Assembly (NCBI GenBank): GCA_017513085.1
Contig: JAFWDK010000029.1
Coordinates: 32,001 to 96,000 of the forward strand
DNA length: 64,000 nucleotides
Source of the DNA: Clostridiales bacterium
Lineage (GTDB): Bacteria; Bacillota; Clostridia; Saccharofermentanales; Saccharofermentanaceae
Direction of reading: 5' to 3'
Position numbers and translations under genes: made by a program. The notes under the pieces are model-generated. The model saw only the letters and a list, made by a program, of their open reading frames with translations. It was not told the DNA's origin and did no database searches. This document shows positions 41,343 to 50,211 of the stretch, in pieces (position 1 is the first letter of the stretch; every line of letters starts with the position of its first letter).

Positions 41343-41909
41343 ATGCAAACGAAACCCTATCATCATGGAAACCTGAAAGAAGAGTTTATTGAAAGAGGAC
41401 TCGAGTACATCGATCAGTATGGCGTAGAAAATCTGTCGATGCGTAAACTGGCGGAATCGATCGGAGTGAGCAGCGCGGCGCCTTATGCACATTTTAAAAA
41501 CAAAGAAGCTTTCCTGGATGCGATCACGGAGTATGTTAATGAGAATCTGATATGTGCACTTCAGGATGCTATTCAGAATTGTACGAAAGAGCAACGGATG
41601 CTGATCGAGTTGGGAAAAAGATATGTATTGTTTTTTTACGAGAATCCGCTTTACTATCAATTCCTGTTTTCGAGAGGAACGGTAGATCTTCAAAACTATC
41701 CTCCGTTTCAGTATTACCGCACGGTAGCGGAAAGAACACTGAAGATCTTACATCCGAAAAGAATGACCAAAGAAACGGTGCGGAAGAAGACGATCACGAT
41801 GTGGGCAATCGTACATGGATTAGCACAGTTTGCACTGATGGATGGTGTGCTGGATAAAAGCAAATTGGAAAAAGAAATCGAATCACTGCTTTGCGCAGTA
41901 GATGTATAA
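41343..41909 (+). CDS. TetR/AcrR-family transcriptional regulator
   Basis: YHHGNLK, LSMRKLA..IGVS.AAPY.HF.NKE, WAIVHG (WHG-type C-domain). Confidence 0.9.
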   Translation: MQTKPYHHGNLKEEFIERGLEYIDQYGVENLSMRKLAESIGVSSAAPYAHFKNKEAFLDAITEYVNENLICALQDAIQNCTKEQRMLIELGKRYVLFFYENPLYYQFLFSRGTVDLQNYPPFQYYRTVAERTLKILHPKRMTKETVRKKTITMWAIVHGLAQFALMDGVLDKSKLEKEIESLLCAVDV

Positions 41910-41921
41910 AGGAGATAAAAA

Positions 41922-42698
41922 ATGGTTGGCATATATTTGAGTGGAACAGGAAATACGAAGCATTGTTTAGAGAAGCTGCTTTCTGTTATAGATCCGAAAG
42001 CGGAAATGATCCCGATCGAAAACCATGATGCGGTCAGTAAAATCGTAGACAATGATGAGATCATACTTGCCTATCCGACACAGTTTTCAAATGTGCCGTA
42101 TATGGTGAAAGATTTTATCCAAAAGAATGAGAAACTTTGGGACGGAAAGAAAGTATTCTGCATGACCACGATGGGTGCTTTTTCCGGAGACGGAGCAGGC
42201 TGCTCGGCAAGACTTCTGAAAAAATACGGTGCGAAGATCCTGGGCGGGCTTCAGGTCAAAATGCCGGATTCTGTCTGCGACAGCAAGATGTTGAAGAAAC
42301 CGTTTTCTGTGAATCAGGAACTGCTGAGAAAAGCAGATGAAAAGATAGAACAGGTAGGAATAAAGATACGTAATGATGGAACATATCCAAGAGAAGGATT
42401 AAGCATCTTCGCACATATGGCGGGACTGTTCGGCCAACGGCTCTGGTTTTACGGAAAGACGAAAAACTACAGCAAGAATTTGAAGATCAACGATTCGTGT
42501 ATCGGTTGCGGACTTTGTGCAAGAAAGTGTCCGATGCAGAACATATCGATTACGGATGGACGTGCACATGCTAAAGATCAATGTGCGATGTGTTACCGGT
42601 GCATCAGTTTGTGTCCGCAAAAGGCCATCACGCTTCTCGGAAAAGAAGTGGTCGAGCAGACACGATATGAAAAGTTTGCATGCAAGAAGAACACCTGA
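41922..42698 (+). CDS. EFR1-family ferrodoxin (flavodoxin-like + 4Fe-4S ferredoxin)
   Basis: YLSGTGNT flavodoxin loop; CIGCGLCARKCP and CAMCYRCISLCP. Confidence 0.9.
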   Translation: MVGIYLSGTGNTKHCLEKLLSVIDPKAEMIPIENHDAVSKIVDNDEIILAYPTQFSNVPYMVKDFIQKNEKLWDGKKVFCMTTMGAFSGDGAGCSARLLKKYGAKILGGLQVKMPDSVCDSKMLKKPFSVNQELLRKADEKIEQVGIKIRNDGTYPREGLSIFAHMAGLFGQRLWFYGKTKNYSKNLKINDSCIGCGLCARKCPMQNISITDGRAHAKDQCAMCYRCISLCPQKAITLLGKEVVEQTRYEKFACKKNT

Positions 42699-42969
42699 GA
42701 TCGATTTTGAGTGGAATCCTTGGTGAGTGGTAACGTTGTCGCGTCTGAACTGTTTAATGGATGTAGGACAACATCCAAGACAGGAACAGGCAGGAGAGAT
42801 AAAACTGCTTCGGATATTCTTCTGTACCATCTTAAATCCGATGAGAGGTGTTGATCTTCCTCTTGTTCCACGGACTACAAGAAAAGACCCTGTGACCTAT
42901 CCCGGTTACAGGGCCTTTGGCTAAGCGGTGTAAGTTTCGTATTACAATTTCATGAGTCGGTCGCCATGA

Positions 42970-42998
42970 TTGACATGTGATTTTTCTAGGAGTATGAT
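42970..42998 (+). promoter_or_regulatory. Sigma-A promoter of leader peptide/GNAT transcript
   Basis: TTGACA-N17-TATGAT. Confidence 0.75.
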
Positions 42999-43022
42999 GA
43001 ACAAAAATCAGGAGGCGGGACG

Positions 43023-43109
43023 ATGCGTAATAACGTAACAACGAAGTTTGCTTGTTGTGAGTGTGCTTGTGACATGAAGTCATATGGCATTGTTGTTGCG
43101 TCGAGATAA
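43023..43109 (+). CDS. Putative 28-aa leader peptide MRNNVTTKFACCECACDMKSYGIVVASR
   Basis: AGGAGG at 43010-43015, ATG 43023, TAA 43107-43109; sits between the promoter and an attenuator-like terminator; not in the ORF track. Confidence 0.65.
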   Translation: MRNNVTTKFACCECACDMKSYGIVVASR

Positions 43110-43135
43110 TCCGTTATATCAGATCAAGTTACACC

Positions 43136-43172
43136 AAGGCCATTTATCTTTTGATAAGTGGCTTTTTTATTT
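43136..43172 (+). terminator. Attenuator-type terminator in the GNAT leader
   Basis: GCCATTTATC-tttt-GATAAGTGGC followed by TTTTTTATTT, about 20 nt before the GNAT start. Confidence 0.7.
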
Positions 43173-43190
43173 CCCAAGGAGGTGAATGAT

Positions 43191-43694
43191 ATGGAAAGCA
43201 TTACCATACGAAGAATGACAATTGAAGATGCTGAAGCCGTTACCGATGTTCTGATCAAGACCTGGCAAACGGCATACCGCGGGATCGTCAGTGACGAGTG
43301 CCTGGATCATATGGACAGACCTACACTGATCGAAAGAAGAAAGAGGCAGTACAAGGATTATATCGTTGCGGTCGTCGAGGGACGGATCGTAGGTTTCTGC
43401 TGGTATGTGAATGATAATTCTTTTTCAAAAGAGGAAGCGGGAATAGACAGTGAGATCGTCGCCATTTATGTGCTGCCTGAGTCGGAGAGAAATGGTGTAG
43501 GCAGAAAGATGTTCTCTTACGCGGTGGATGATTTGAAGGCGCAGGGTAGAAAGAGAATGGTGATCTGGTGCTTGAAAGATAACTCTTCCGGTAGAAACTT
43601 TTATGAAAAGATGGGCGGAGTGATCATGGGAGAGCATAAGACACATATCGGGAATCTCGACTATGATGAAGTAGGCTTTCTGTTCGAACTCTAA
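43191..43694 (+). CDS. GNAT-family N-acetyltransferase
   Basis: WQTAYRGI, IYVLPESERNGVGRKM (acetyl-CoA motif A), N..GR.FYEKMGG; RBS AAGGAGGTG. Confidence 0.9.
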   Translation: MESITIRRMTIEDAEAVTDVLIKTWQTAYRGIVSDECLDHMDRPTLIERRKRQYKDYIVAVVEGRIVGFCWYVNDNSFSKEEAGIDSEIVAIYVLPESERNGVGRKMFSYAVDDLKAQGRKRMVIWCLKDNSSGRNFYEKMGGVIMGEHKTHIGNLDYDEVGFLFEL

Positions 43695-43744
43695 TAGGTA
43701 AACCAAAGGACTGCGGAAGACAGAACGGCGCAGGCCTTTCTGAT

Positions 43745-44650
43745 TTAGATACTGTTTTGCAAAGTTTCACGCTTTAATTCGAGCGCGGCTAAGCTTAATG
43801 GACGGCTTTTGTCCTGAAGGAGCGAGATGCTTCTAGATGGCAGTTTTTCGGTCATCGGAATCGAAAAGACCTTCTTGCGTTCAATAGATGGCACAGCCAG
43901 TTCTTTTGGAACGAAACCAAGGCCCATACCGTGTTCCACGATCGGGAGGATCTGGTCGGTCGTGGTAACTTCGATCGAGGGCTTAAGTATAATGTCCGCT
44001 TTTAGGAAAAGATCGGTCAGATACTGAAAAGAAGTGGAGTCGTGACTTTGCGTGATGAGTGGATATTGAGACAGATCCGCAAGAGATTGTTTGCGTCGCG
44101 AAAGAGCGCGATACGGCTCGCCGCCGATGAGGATCTCCTGGAATGATTTGACGTGAGTAGCTTCGAGTGAATCAGAGATCTTAAGGGGCGAAGAAATGAT
44201 GGCGAGGTCGACCAGACCCTGTTCAAGTGCTTTGACACCTTGAGGGGTCGAGTGGTTGTAAACGCGGATACGGATGCCGGGATGCTTGGCCTTGAACCGC
44301 TGGAGGATCGGGAGCATGAGAACATGAAGCGCAATTTCGCTGATGGAAACGGATACACTGCCGCTCTCGAGGAGACGGTCGGAATTGATCTCGTCTTCTC
44401 CTTTTTCGATCTGCTGGTATGCGGCTTCGATATGCGCGAATAGTTTCTCGCCTTCGGGGGTGAGAGTTACGCCCTTTTGAGAACGTACGAAAAGGCGACA
44501 GCCAAGTTCCGATTCAAGCGTATTCATGACACGTGTGATATTCGGCTGGTTGTTATGGAGGGAACGGGCGGCTTGAGTGAAGCTCCCGTGCTTCCCGACG
44601 ACGTAGAAGATCTTATAGTATTCCCAGTTGCTGTTCATGGTATGCCTCAT
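43745..44650 (-). CDS. LysR-family transcriptional regulator
   Basis: GSFTQAA..L...QPNITR....LE.ELGC.LF.R...GV.LT.EG; divergent from the alcohol dehydrogenase. Confidence 0.93.
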   Translation of the reverse strand: MRHTMNSNWEYYKIFYVVGKHGSFTQAARSLHNNQPNITRVMNTLESELGCRLFVRSQKGVTLTPEGEKLFAHIEAAYQQIEKGEDEINSDRLLESGSVSVSISEIALHVLMLPILQRFKAKHPGIRIRVYNHSTPQGVKALEQGLVDLAIISSPLKISDSLEATHVKSFQEILIGGEPYRALSRRKQSLADLSQYPLITQSHDSTSFQYLTDLFLKADIILKPSIEVTTTDQILPIVEHGMGLGFVPKELAVPSIERKKVFSIPMTEKLPSRSISLLQDKSRPLSLAALELKRETLQNSI

Positions 44651-44748
44651 GTAAATTTTGTATGACTGACATATAAAATATACTTTTTACATATGCTTCT
44701 GCCGACATTATAATCTAATTAAACAATAAAAAACAAGGAGGACTGCAT

Positions 44749-45972
44749 ATGGCACGTTTCACATTACCTCGGGATATTTATCACGGCAAAGGCGCTCTTG
44801 AGGCACTGAAGGACTTCAAAGGAAAGAAAGCTATGATCTGCGTCGGAGGCGGATCCATGAAGCGTTTCGGATTCCTCGACAAAGCAGAGAGTTATCTGAA
44901 AGAAGCAGGCATGGAAGTGGAGATCTTCGATGGAATTGAGCCTGATCCGTCTGTTGAGACGGTCATGAAGGGCGCAGAAGCGATGCTGAAGTTCGAGCCG
45001 GACTGGATCGTGGCAATCGGTGGCGGTTCTCCTATTGATGCAGCGAAAGCAATGTGGATCAAGTACGAGTATCCGGATTGCACTTTCGAAGATATGTGTA
45101 AGGTGTTCGGTATTCCGGAACTTCGTAAGAAAGCTCACTTTTGCGCAGTTTCCTCCACATCGGGAACGGCTACGGAGGTAACGGCTTTCTCAATCATTAC
45201 AGACTACTCCAAGGGTATCAAGTATCCGATCGCTGACTTTGAGATCACACCTGACGTGGCGATCGTGGATCCGGAACTTGCCGAGACCATGCCGAAGAAA
45301 CTCGTTGCTCACACAGGTATGGATGCGATGACACATGCAGTCGAAGCATATGTTTCGACCGCAAACAGCGACTACACAGATCCGCTTGCGATCCATGCGA
45401 TCGAGATGATCATGAACGACCTTGTTCCGTCTTATAACGGAGACATGGAAGCCAGAGACAGAATGCATAATGCACAGTGCCTGGCCGGTATGGCTTTCTC
45501 CAATGCACTCCTTGGTATCGTTCACTCTATGGCACATAAGACCGGTGCTGCTTTTGCAGATTACGGCGCACACATCATCCACGGTGCTGCCAATGCGATG
45601 TACCTTCCTAAGGTAATCGCGTTCAATGCAAAAGATGAGACAGCGAAGAAGCGTTACGGCGTGATCGTGGACTACATGGGTATCGCTGATAAGAATGCAT
45701 CTGATGATGAAAAAGTAGCGGCTCTTATCGCTTATCTTAGAAAGATGAACGATGACCTCAATATCCCTCATGGAATCGGCACATATGGTGCGGACAGTTA
45801 TCCGACAGAGAAGGGCTTCGTTCCGGAGGAAGTATTCCTGGAAAGACTGCATGACATTGCGGTCAATGCGATCGCGGATGCATGCACAGGTTCCAATCCG
45901 CGTCAGCCTTCGGTCGAGGAGATGGAAAAGCTCTTGAAGTGCTGCTACTATGATACGGAAGTGGATTTCTGA
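44749..45972 (+). CDS. Iron-containing alcohol dehydrogenase (NADPH-dependent butanol dehydrogenase-like)
   Basis: GIEPDPS, GGGSPIDAAK, TSGTATEVT, DAMTHAVE, GIVHSMAH, HGAANA. Confidence 0.93.
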   Translation: MARFTLPRDIYHGKGALEALKDFKGKKAMICVGGGSMKRFGFLDKAESYLKEAGMEVEIFDGIEPDPSVETVMKGAEAMLKFEPDWIVAIGGGSPIDAAKAMWIKYEYPDCTFEDMCKVFGIPELRKKAHFCAVSSTSGTATEVTAFSIITDYSKGIKYPIADFEITPDVAIVDPELAETMPKKLVAHTGMDAMTHAVEAYVSTANSDYTDPLAIHAIEMIMNDLVPSYNGDMEARDRMHNAQCLAGMAFSNALLGIVHSMAHKTGAAFADYGAHIIHGAANAMYLPKVIAFNAKDETAKKRYGVIVDYMGIADKNASDDEKVAALIAYLRKMNDDLNIPHGIGTYGADSYPTEKGFVPEEVFLERLHDIAVNAIADACTGSNPRQPSVEEMEKLLKCCYYDTEVDF

Positions 45973-45977
45973 TCTTA

Positions 45978-47825
45978 TCAGACCAGATAGTTATGCGCCT
46001 GACGGTCGAACATCTCCTTGTATTTTCCGTTCAAAGCCATCAGTTCATCGTGTGAGCCTTGTTCAATGATCTGCCCATGCTCGAAAAGGTAGATACGGTC
46101 AGCCATACGGGTGGTGGAGAGCCTGTGGGAGATGAAGATAACGGTATCATCTCCGGCGTTTTCGATCAGATTCTTGTTGAGCTTATACTCAGATACCGGG
46201 TCCAGAGCTGACGAAGGCTCGTCCAGGATGGAGATCGCTCGGTCTTCATTCTTCAGAAAGACACGGGAAATAGCAAGTTTCTGACCTTCTCCGCCGGAGA
46301 GGTTGACGCCGTTGTCGTCGAATTCGCGAGTCAAAGGTGTCCGGATACCTTCATCGAGAGAATCCAGTTTCTTTCCGAAGTCCGCTTTGCGAAGGGCATG
46401 GATCACATCCGCTTTATCTTTTTCCTCAAATTTCCGAAGCAGTACATTTTCAGCGATCGTTGCCGCGTAGATATTGAAATCCTGGAACACCGCACTGATC
46501 TTCTTTCTGTATTCGTGCGTGTTGTACTCGCGGATGTCGTGACCACCGTACTGAATGCTTCCGTCTGTCACATCGTAAAGACGCATAAGCAGCTTCACGA
46601 AGGTCGTCTTACCGGCACCGTTTTCACCAACGATGGCGATTTTTTCACCAGGATGGATCTCGATCGAAATATCTTTCAGCGTGTCTTTATCCGTATTCGG
46701 ATAGCGGAAGGATACATGCGAAAGAACCAGCGGATCGGATCCTTTGGCAGGAGCAAGACCGTCGGCCACTTCGATATTCGGTTTTTCTTCCATCAGTTTG
46801 ATGAACTTGTCGCCATACTGACCGATCACTTGAAAATCCACCAGACAGTAGTTGATCTCGTTGAGGTTTCTTCTGACGTAATTCGCTGCATTATTAGCCG
46901 ATGCTACTTCTCCGAGTGCGATAGATTTCACGACTAAAGCAAGGTATCCCAAATACGCGGGGATCGCAAAAAACGAAAACACGGTAAAAACAGAGATCCA
47001 GTTCACCAGCGACACCCATGTCAGCGGCGGGCCGTACTTCCGGCCTTTGTCCGCTGCTTCTTTTATAGCTTCGTCGAACTGACGGCGAAGAGGTTCTTTG
47101 ACATCATTCAGCTTACATTCTTTTGCAAATTCCGGCTGGTAGAAAACACGCTGGCTGTACTCTGCTTTGCGGAGATCTTTTCGGCTTTCTATCCACCACT
47201 GGTAATTGATGCTCTCGATCTTGAAACGGGTGAGAAGATTGACGATGAATCCTGCAATCGGGAAAAGCGCCAGCACGGGGTTGATGGTCAGGATCATGGC
47301 GGAAGCGATCAGCAGCGCTACGGCACCACCCAGGATCTGACTGATGATCGTGACTGTGTCTTCGATCAGTCTGTCAGCGCTCTTGGCTACGACAGAATAA
47401 TTATCGTAGTTCTCCGGATCATCGTAGAAGAGGAGATCACGTTTGCTGTTCTTTTCGGACAGGTCGCGCATGATCCGTCCGGTGAGGTGGATCAGTTTCG
47501 CCTTCGCCCATTCATTGAGAAGCTGATGGATCCATTCCAGGATGACCAGCAGGACAAGAGAGATCAGAAGAAGGACAACGATCCTGGAAACTTCTGTATT
47601 GCCGGTAAGACCATCGATGATCATCTTCAGAATGAACGTATCGTTGATCGCCATGCCGCTCTTCAGCAGCACGTTCAGAAGGATGACACGTATGATCAAT
47701 GGCTTATCGTATTTTGCAGCGTACTTGAGCATGTAGAGCACGTTGCTTATCATATGCCGGATCGAGATCTTTTCTTCTTTCTTCTCGTTGTGCTTCGCGT
47801 TTTTGCGACCTTTATCCTTACTCAT
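45978..47825 (-). CDS. ABC exporter, fused permease/ATPase
   Basis: TM domain plus GENGAGKTT, LSGGEGQK, ILDEPSSALD, ISHRLS. Confidence 0.92.
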   Translation of the reverse strand: MSKDKGRKNAKHNEKKEEKISIRHMISNVLYMLKYAAKYDKPLIIRVILLNVLLKSGMAINDTFILKMIIDGLTGNTEVSRIVVLLLISLVLLVILEWIHQLLNEWAKAKLIHLTGRIMRDLSEKNSKRDLLFYDDPENYDNYSVVAKSADRLIEDTVTIISQILGGAVALLIASAMILTINPVLALFPIAGFIVNLLTRFKIESINYQWWIESRKDLRKAEYSQRVFYQPEFAKECKLNDVKEPLRRQFDEAIKEAADKGRKYGPPLTWVSLVNWISVFTVFSFFAIPAYLGYLALVVKSIALGEVASANNAANYVRRNLNEINYCLVDFQVIGQYGDKFIKLMEEKPNIEVADGLAPAKGSDPLVLSHVSFRYPNTDKDTLKDISIEIHPGEKIAIVGENGAGKTTFVKLLMRLYDVTDGSIQYGGHDIREYNTHEYRKKISAVFQDFNIYAATIAENVLLRKFEEKDKADVIHALRKADFGKKLDSLDEGIRTPLTREFDDNGVNLSGGEGQKLAISRVFLKNEDRAISILDEPSSALDPVSEYKLNKNLIENAGDDTVIFISHRLSTTRMADRIYLFEHGQIIEQGSHDELMALNGKYKEMFDRQAHNYLV

Positions 47826-49644
47826 AGAAAGCCTGCGCTCCTTTCAGCATTTCTTCCGGTAAGCTGTCCTGATAGTTCTCGGCCTGAAGCATGAACATAT
47901 CGTAGTAATGCTTCTGCTGGTCCATCAGTTCTTCGTGGGACCCTTGCTCCACGACCTGACCGTCTTTCATCATGTAGATCTTGTCTGCCATTCTTGCCGA
48001 AGAGAGGCGGTGAGAAATGAAGATCACGCCTCGCCCGAGAGAGATACGCATCATGTTGTTGTACATGTTATATTCTGCCAGCGGATCCAGCGCCGAAGAG
48101 GGCTCGTCGAGGATGACCATATCCGGTTCATGTGCGAAGACTCTTGCGATGGCGATCTTCTGCGCCTGACCGCCGGAAGGGACAAATCCCTTCTCGTCAA
48201 ATTCACGAGTAACGACGGTATCCAGACCTTTCTCGAGTCCCGGATGATTCACATCAAACTGCGCAGCGATAAGTGCTTTTTCCGCAGCCTTATAATCCTC
48301 TTCGCCGGATGGCTTTCGCATCAGGACATTTTCCACGAGCGGCATAGCGAAAACCTGCAGATCCTGAAAGACCGTACCGAATCTCTTTCTGTAGGATTCA
48401 CCGTCAATGTCGTTGATGTCCTTCCCGTTGACCAGGATCTTTCCGGAGGTGGCCGGATACAGACCCATGATCAGCTTAATAAGAGTGGTCTTTCCGGCAC
48501 CGTTATAACCGACGATCGCCAGCTTCTCGCCTTTGTTCCAGGAGAAACTGACATCGTGGATCGTGCTTTTCTTCGCGCCCGGATAGGTGAAAGATACATG
48601 ATCCAGCTCGATGCTTAAGATCTCGCCGGCATCCGGCTTCGGTTCCGGCTTCTTTCTGTCCTGCTCCAGAAAATCTTCCAGATTCTTAAAGAGGTGGGAG
48701 TCGTTGCTCAACGCGATACGGTTCTCGACCGCATGCTTCAGCTGATCTGTCGAGAAGGCCATCGCCGAGATCATGGCAACATAGCTGGAGATGTCTGCTG
48801 CATCTCCGGACTTGACCTTAAAGACGACGTAGAAATAGGCGGCGATCCCGGCAAGGATCGAGTAGCTTCCTTTCATGAGGAAAGAATAGAATGCGGACCG
48901 CATGCGGTACTTCATCGAGACCTTTGCCATCTGCTCGACCGCGTTCTCCTGCTTATCCAGAAGGATCGAGTTGATATCGAAAAGACGAACCTCGGCGGCA
49001 TATTTTTTCTCGTAGTACACACGGTTTACGTAGTTGACTGTACGCTTGTCGCGGGTGATCGCTTTTTCGCGGTCGAAGTTGCAGATGCCGTTCTTTTTGC
49101 CGTAGTAGAGGCTGACGACCATCGGGATGATCATAAACACCAGAAGGACCGGATCGACCATGACTACAACGGCCAGTGACATGATCGTCGCGCCCACATT
49201 CCCGATATACACACCGGTCGTGATCGCCAGGTCCATCGCGGATTCCGCGCTCCGCTCGAGGGCTCTGGCATAGCGGTCGTAGAACTCCGGATTTTCGTAA
49301 TCCGAGAGCGTCAGGGTGTCGGAGATATCCATTACTTTATAGAAAATGTGCCGGTACACGAGGGGCGTGCGGATCTTTCTATATGTCTCGTACCAGCCGC
49401 AGATAAAGTGCACCACGACGTGGCCGGTGCAGGCGATGATCAGAAACCAGAAGAGCCTTCTATACTCCACACCATGCTCGATGCAGTTGAAGATGTACTT
49501 GGTGAGATATACGAAGAAGAAAACATAGAAGATCTGCTCGATGGAGTTTTTGAATATTGTGAAGATCAGAAGCAGCTTGTCGGACTGCCACACCTGCTTC
49601 AGCGCATAACGCAACTGTTTCCATGTGCTTGGTTTTGATTCCAT
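47818..49644 (-). CDS. ABC exporter, fused permease/ATPase (heterodimer partner)
   Basis: TM domain plus GYNGAGKTT, PSGGQAQK, ILDEPSSALD; AGGAGG spacing favours ATG 49644. Confidence 0.92.
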   Translation of the reverse strand: MESKPSTWKQLRYALKQVWQSDKLLLIFTIFKNSIEQIFYVFFFVYLTKYIFNCIEHGVEYRRLFWFLIIACTGHVVVHFICGWYETYRKIRTPLVYRHIFYKVMDISDTLTLSDYENPEFYDRYARALERSAESAMDLAITTGVYIGNVGATIMSLAVVVMVDPVLLVFMIIPMVVSLYYGKKNGICNFDREKAITRDKRTVNYVNRVYYEKKYAAEVRLFDINSILLDKQENAVEQMAKVSMKYRMRSAFYSFLMKGSYSILAGIAAYFYVVFKVKSGDAADISSYVAMISAMAFSTDQLKHAVENRIALSNDSHLFKNLEDFLEQDRKKPEPKPDAGEILSIELDHVSFTYPGAKKSTIHDVSFSWNKGEKLAIVGYNGAGKTTLIKLIMGLYPATSGKILVNGKDINDIDGESYRKRFGTVFQDLQVFAMPLVENVLMRKPSGEEDYKAAEKALIAAQFDVNHPGLEKGLDTVVTREFDEKGFVPSGGQAQKIAIARVFAHEPDMVILDEPSSALDPLAEYNMYNNMMRISLGRGVIFISHRLSSARMADKIYMMKDGQVVEQGSHEELMDQQKHYYDMFMLQAENYQDSLPEEMLKGAQAFYE

Positions 49645-49746
49645 GTCTAGCATCCTCCTGAAAATAATGTAAACATCTTATCACTCTTCTTTCTGCTGTG
49701 CGTGCTTTTATACCAGCGGGACAACCAGGGAATCGATCGAGCAAAG

Positions 49747-49795
49747 TTGACAGTGTCCTTTTGCGGTGCTACTATGTAGATAAACTACAAATGTA
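49747..49795 (+). promoter_or_regulatory. Sigma-A promoter with BlaI/MecI/CopY-type operator
   Basis: TTGACA(49747)-N17-TACTAT(49770) with extended TG; TACAaaTGTA at 49786-49795. Confidence 0.8.
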
Positions 49796-49816
49796 TTTTA
49801 TGAGACGGGAGAGCAT

Positions 49817-50203
49817 ATGGGCAGTAAGGAAATCAAGAAGCTTCCGGATGCGGAGTTTGAGATCATGCGGGCGATCTGGAGATGCCAGGAGCCGGTGACT
49901 TCGCCGATCCTTACGGAGAAACTCAGGCTCGCTCTTCCCGAGAAAGACTGGAAGCAGCAGACCATCATGACGATGCTGGTCCGTCTGGAAAAGAAAGCAT
50001 TTCTCCGATCGGAGAAAAATGGTAAAGAGAGATACTATTCTCCGGCGGTGTCCGAAGAAGAGTATATGCAGGTTGAAGCGAAAAGCCTCCGCCAGCGCTT
50101 CGGCGGATCTCGTGTCACAGGATTGGTAAAGTCACTTTGCGATGGCGGAGATCTCTCGGAAGAAGAGATATCGGACTTAAAAAAATGGCTCGATGAGCAG
50201 TAA
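49817..50203 (+). CDS. BlaI/MecI/CopY-family transcriptional repressor
   Basis: LPDAEFEIMRAIW, WKQQTIMTML.RL.KK.FL, RYYSP.VSEEEY, LSEEEI..LK. Confidence 0.92.
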   Translation: MGSKEIKKLPDAEFEIMRAIWRCQEPVTSPILTEKLRLALPEKDWKQQTIMTMLVRLEKKAFLRSEKNGKERYYSPAVSEEEYMQVEAKSLRQRFGGSRVTGLVKSLCDGGDLSEEEISDLKKWLDEQ

Positions 50204-50211
50204 GGAGAATC

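Noticed and set aside
42399-42830. 143-aa minus-strand ORF with a CSCLGCC cluster
   Set aside because: No convincing RBS and mostly antisense to the ferrodoxin gene; not supported as a gene.
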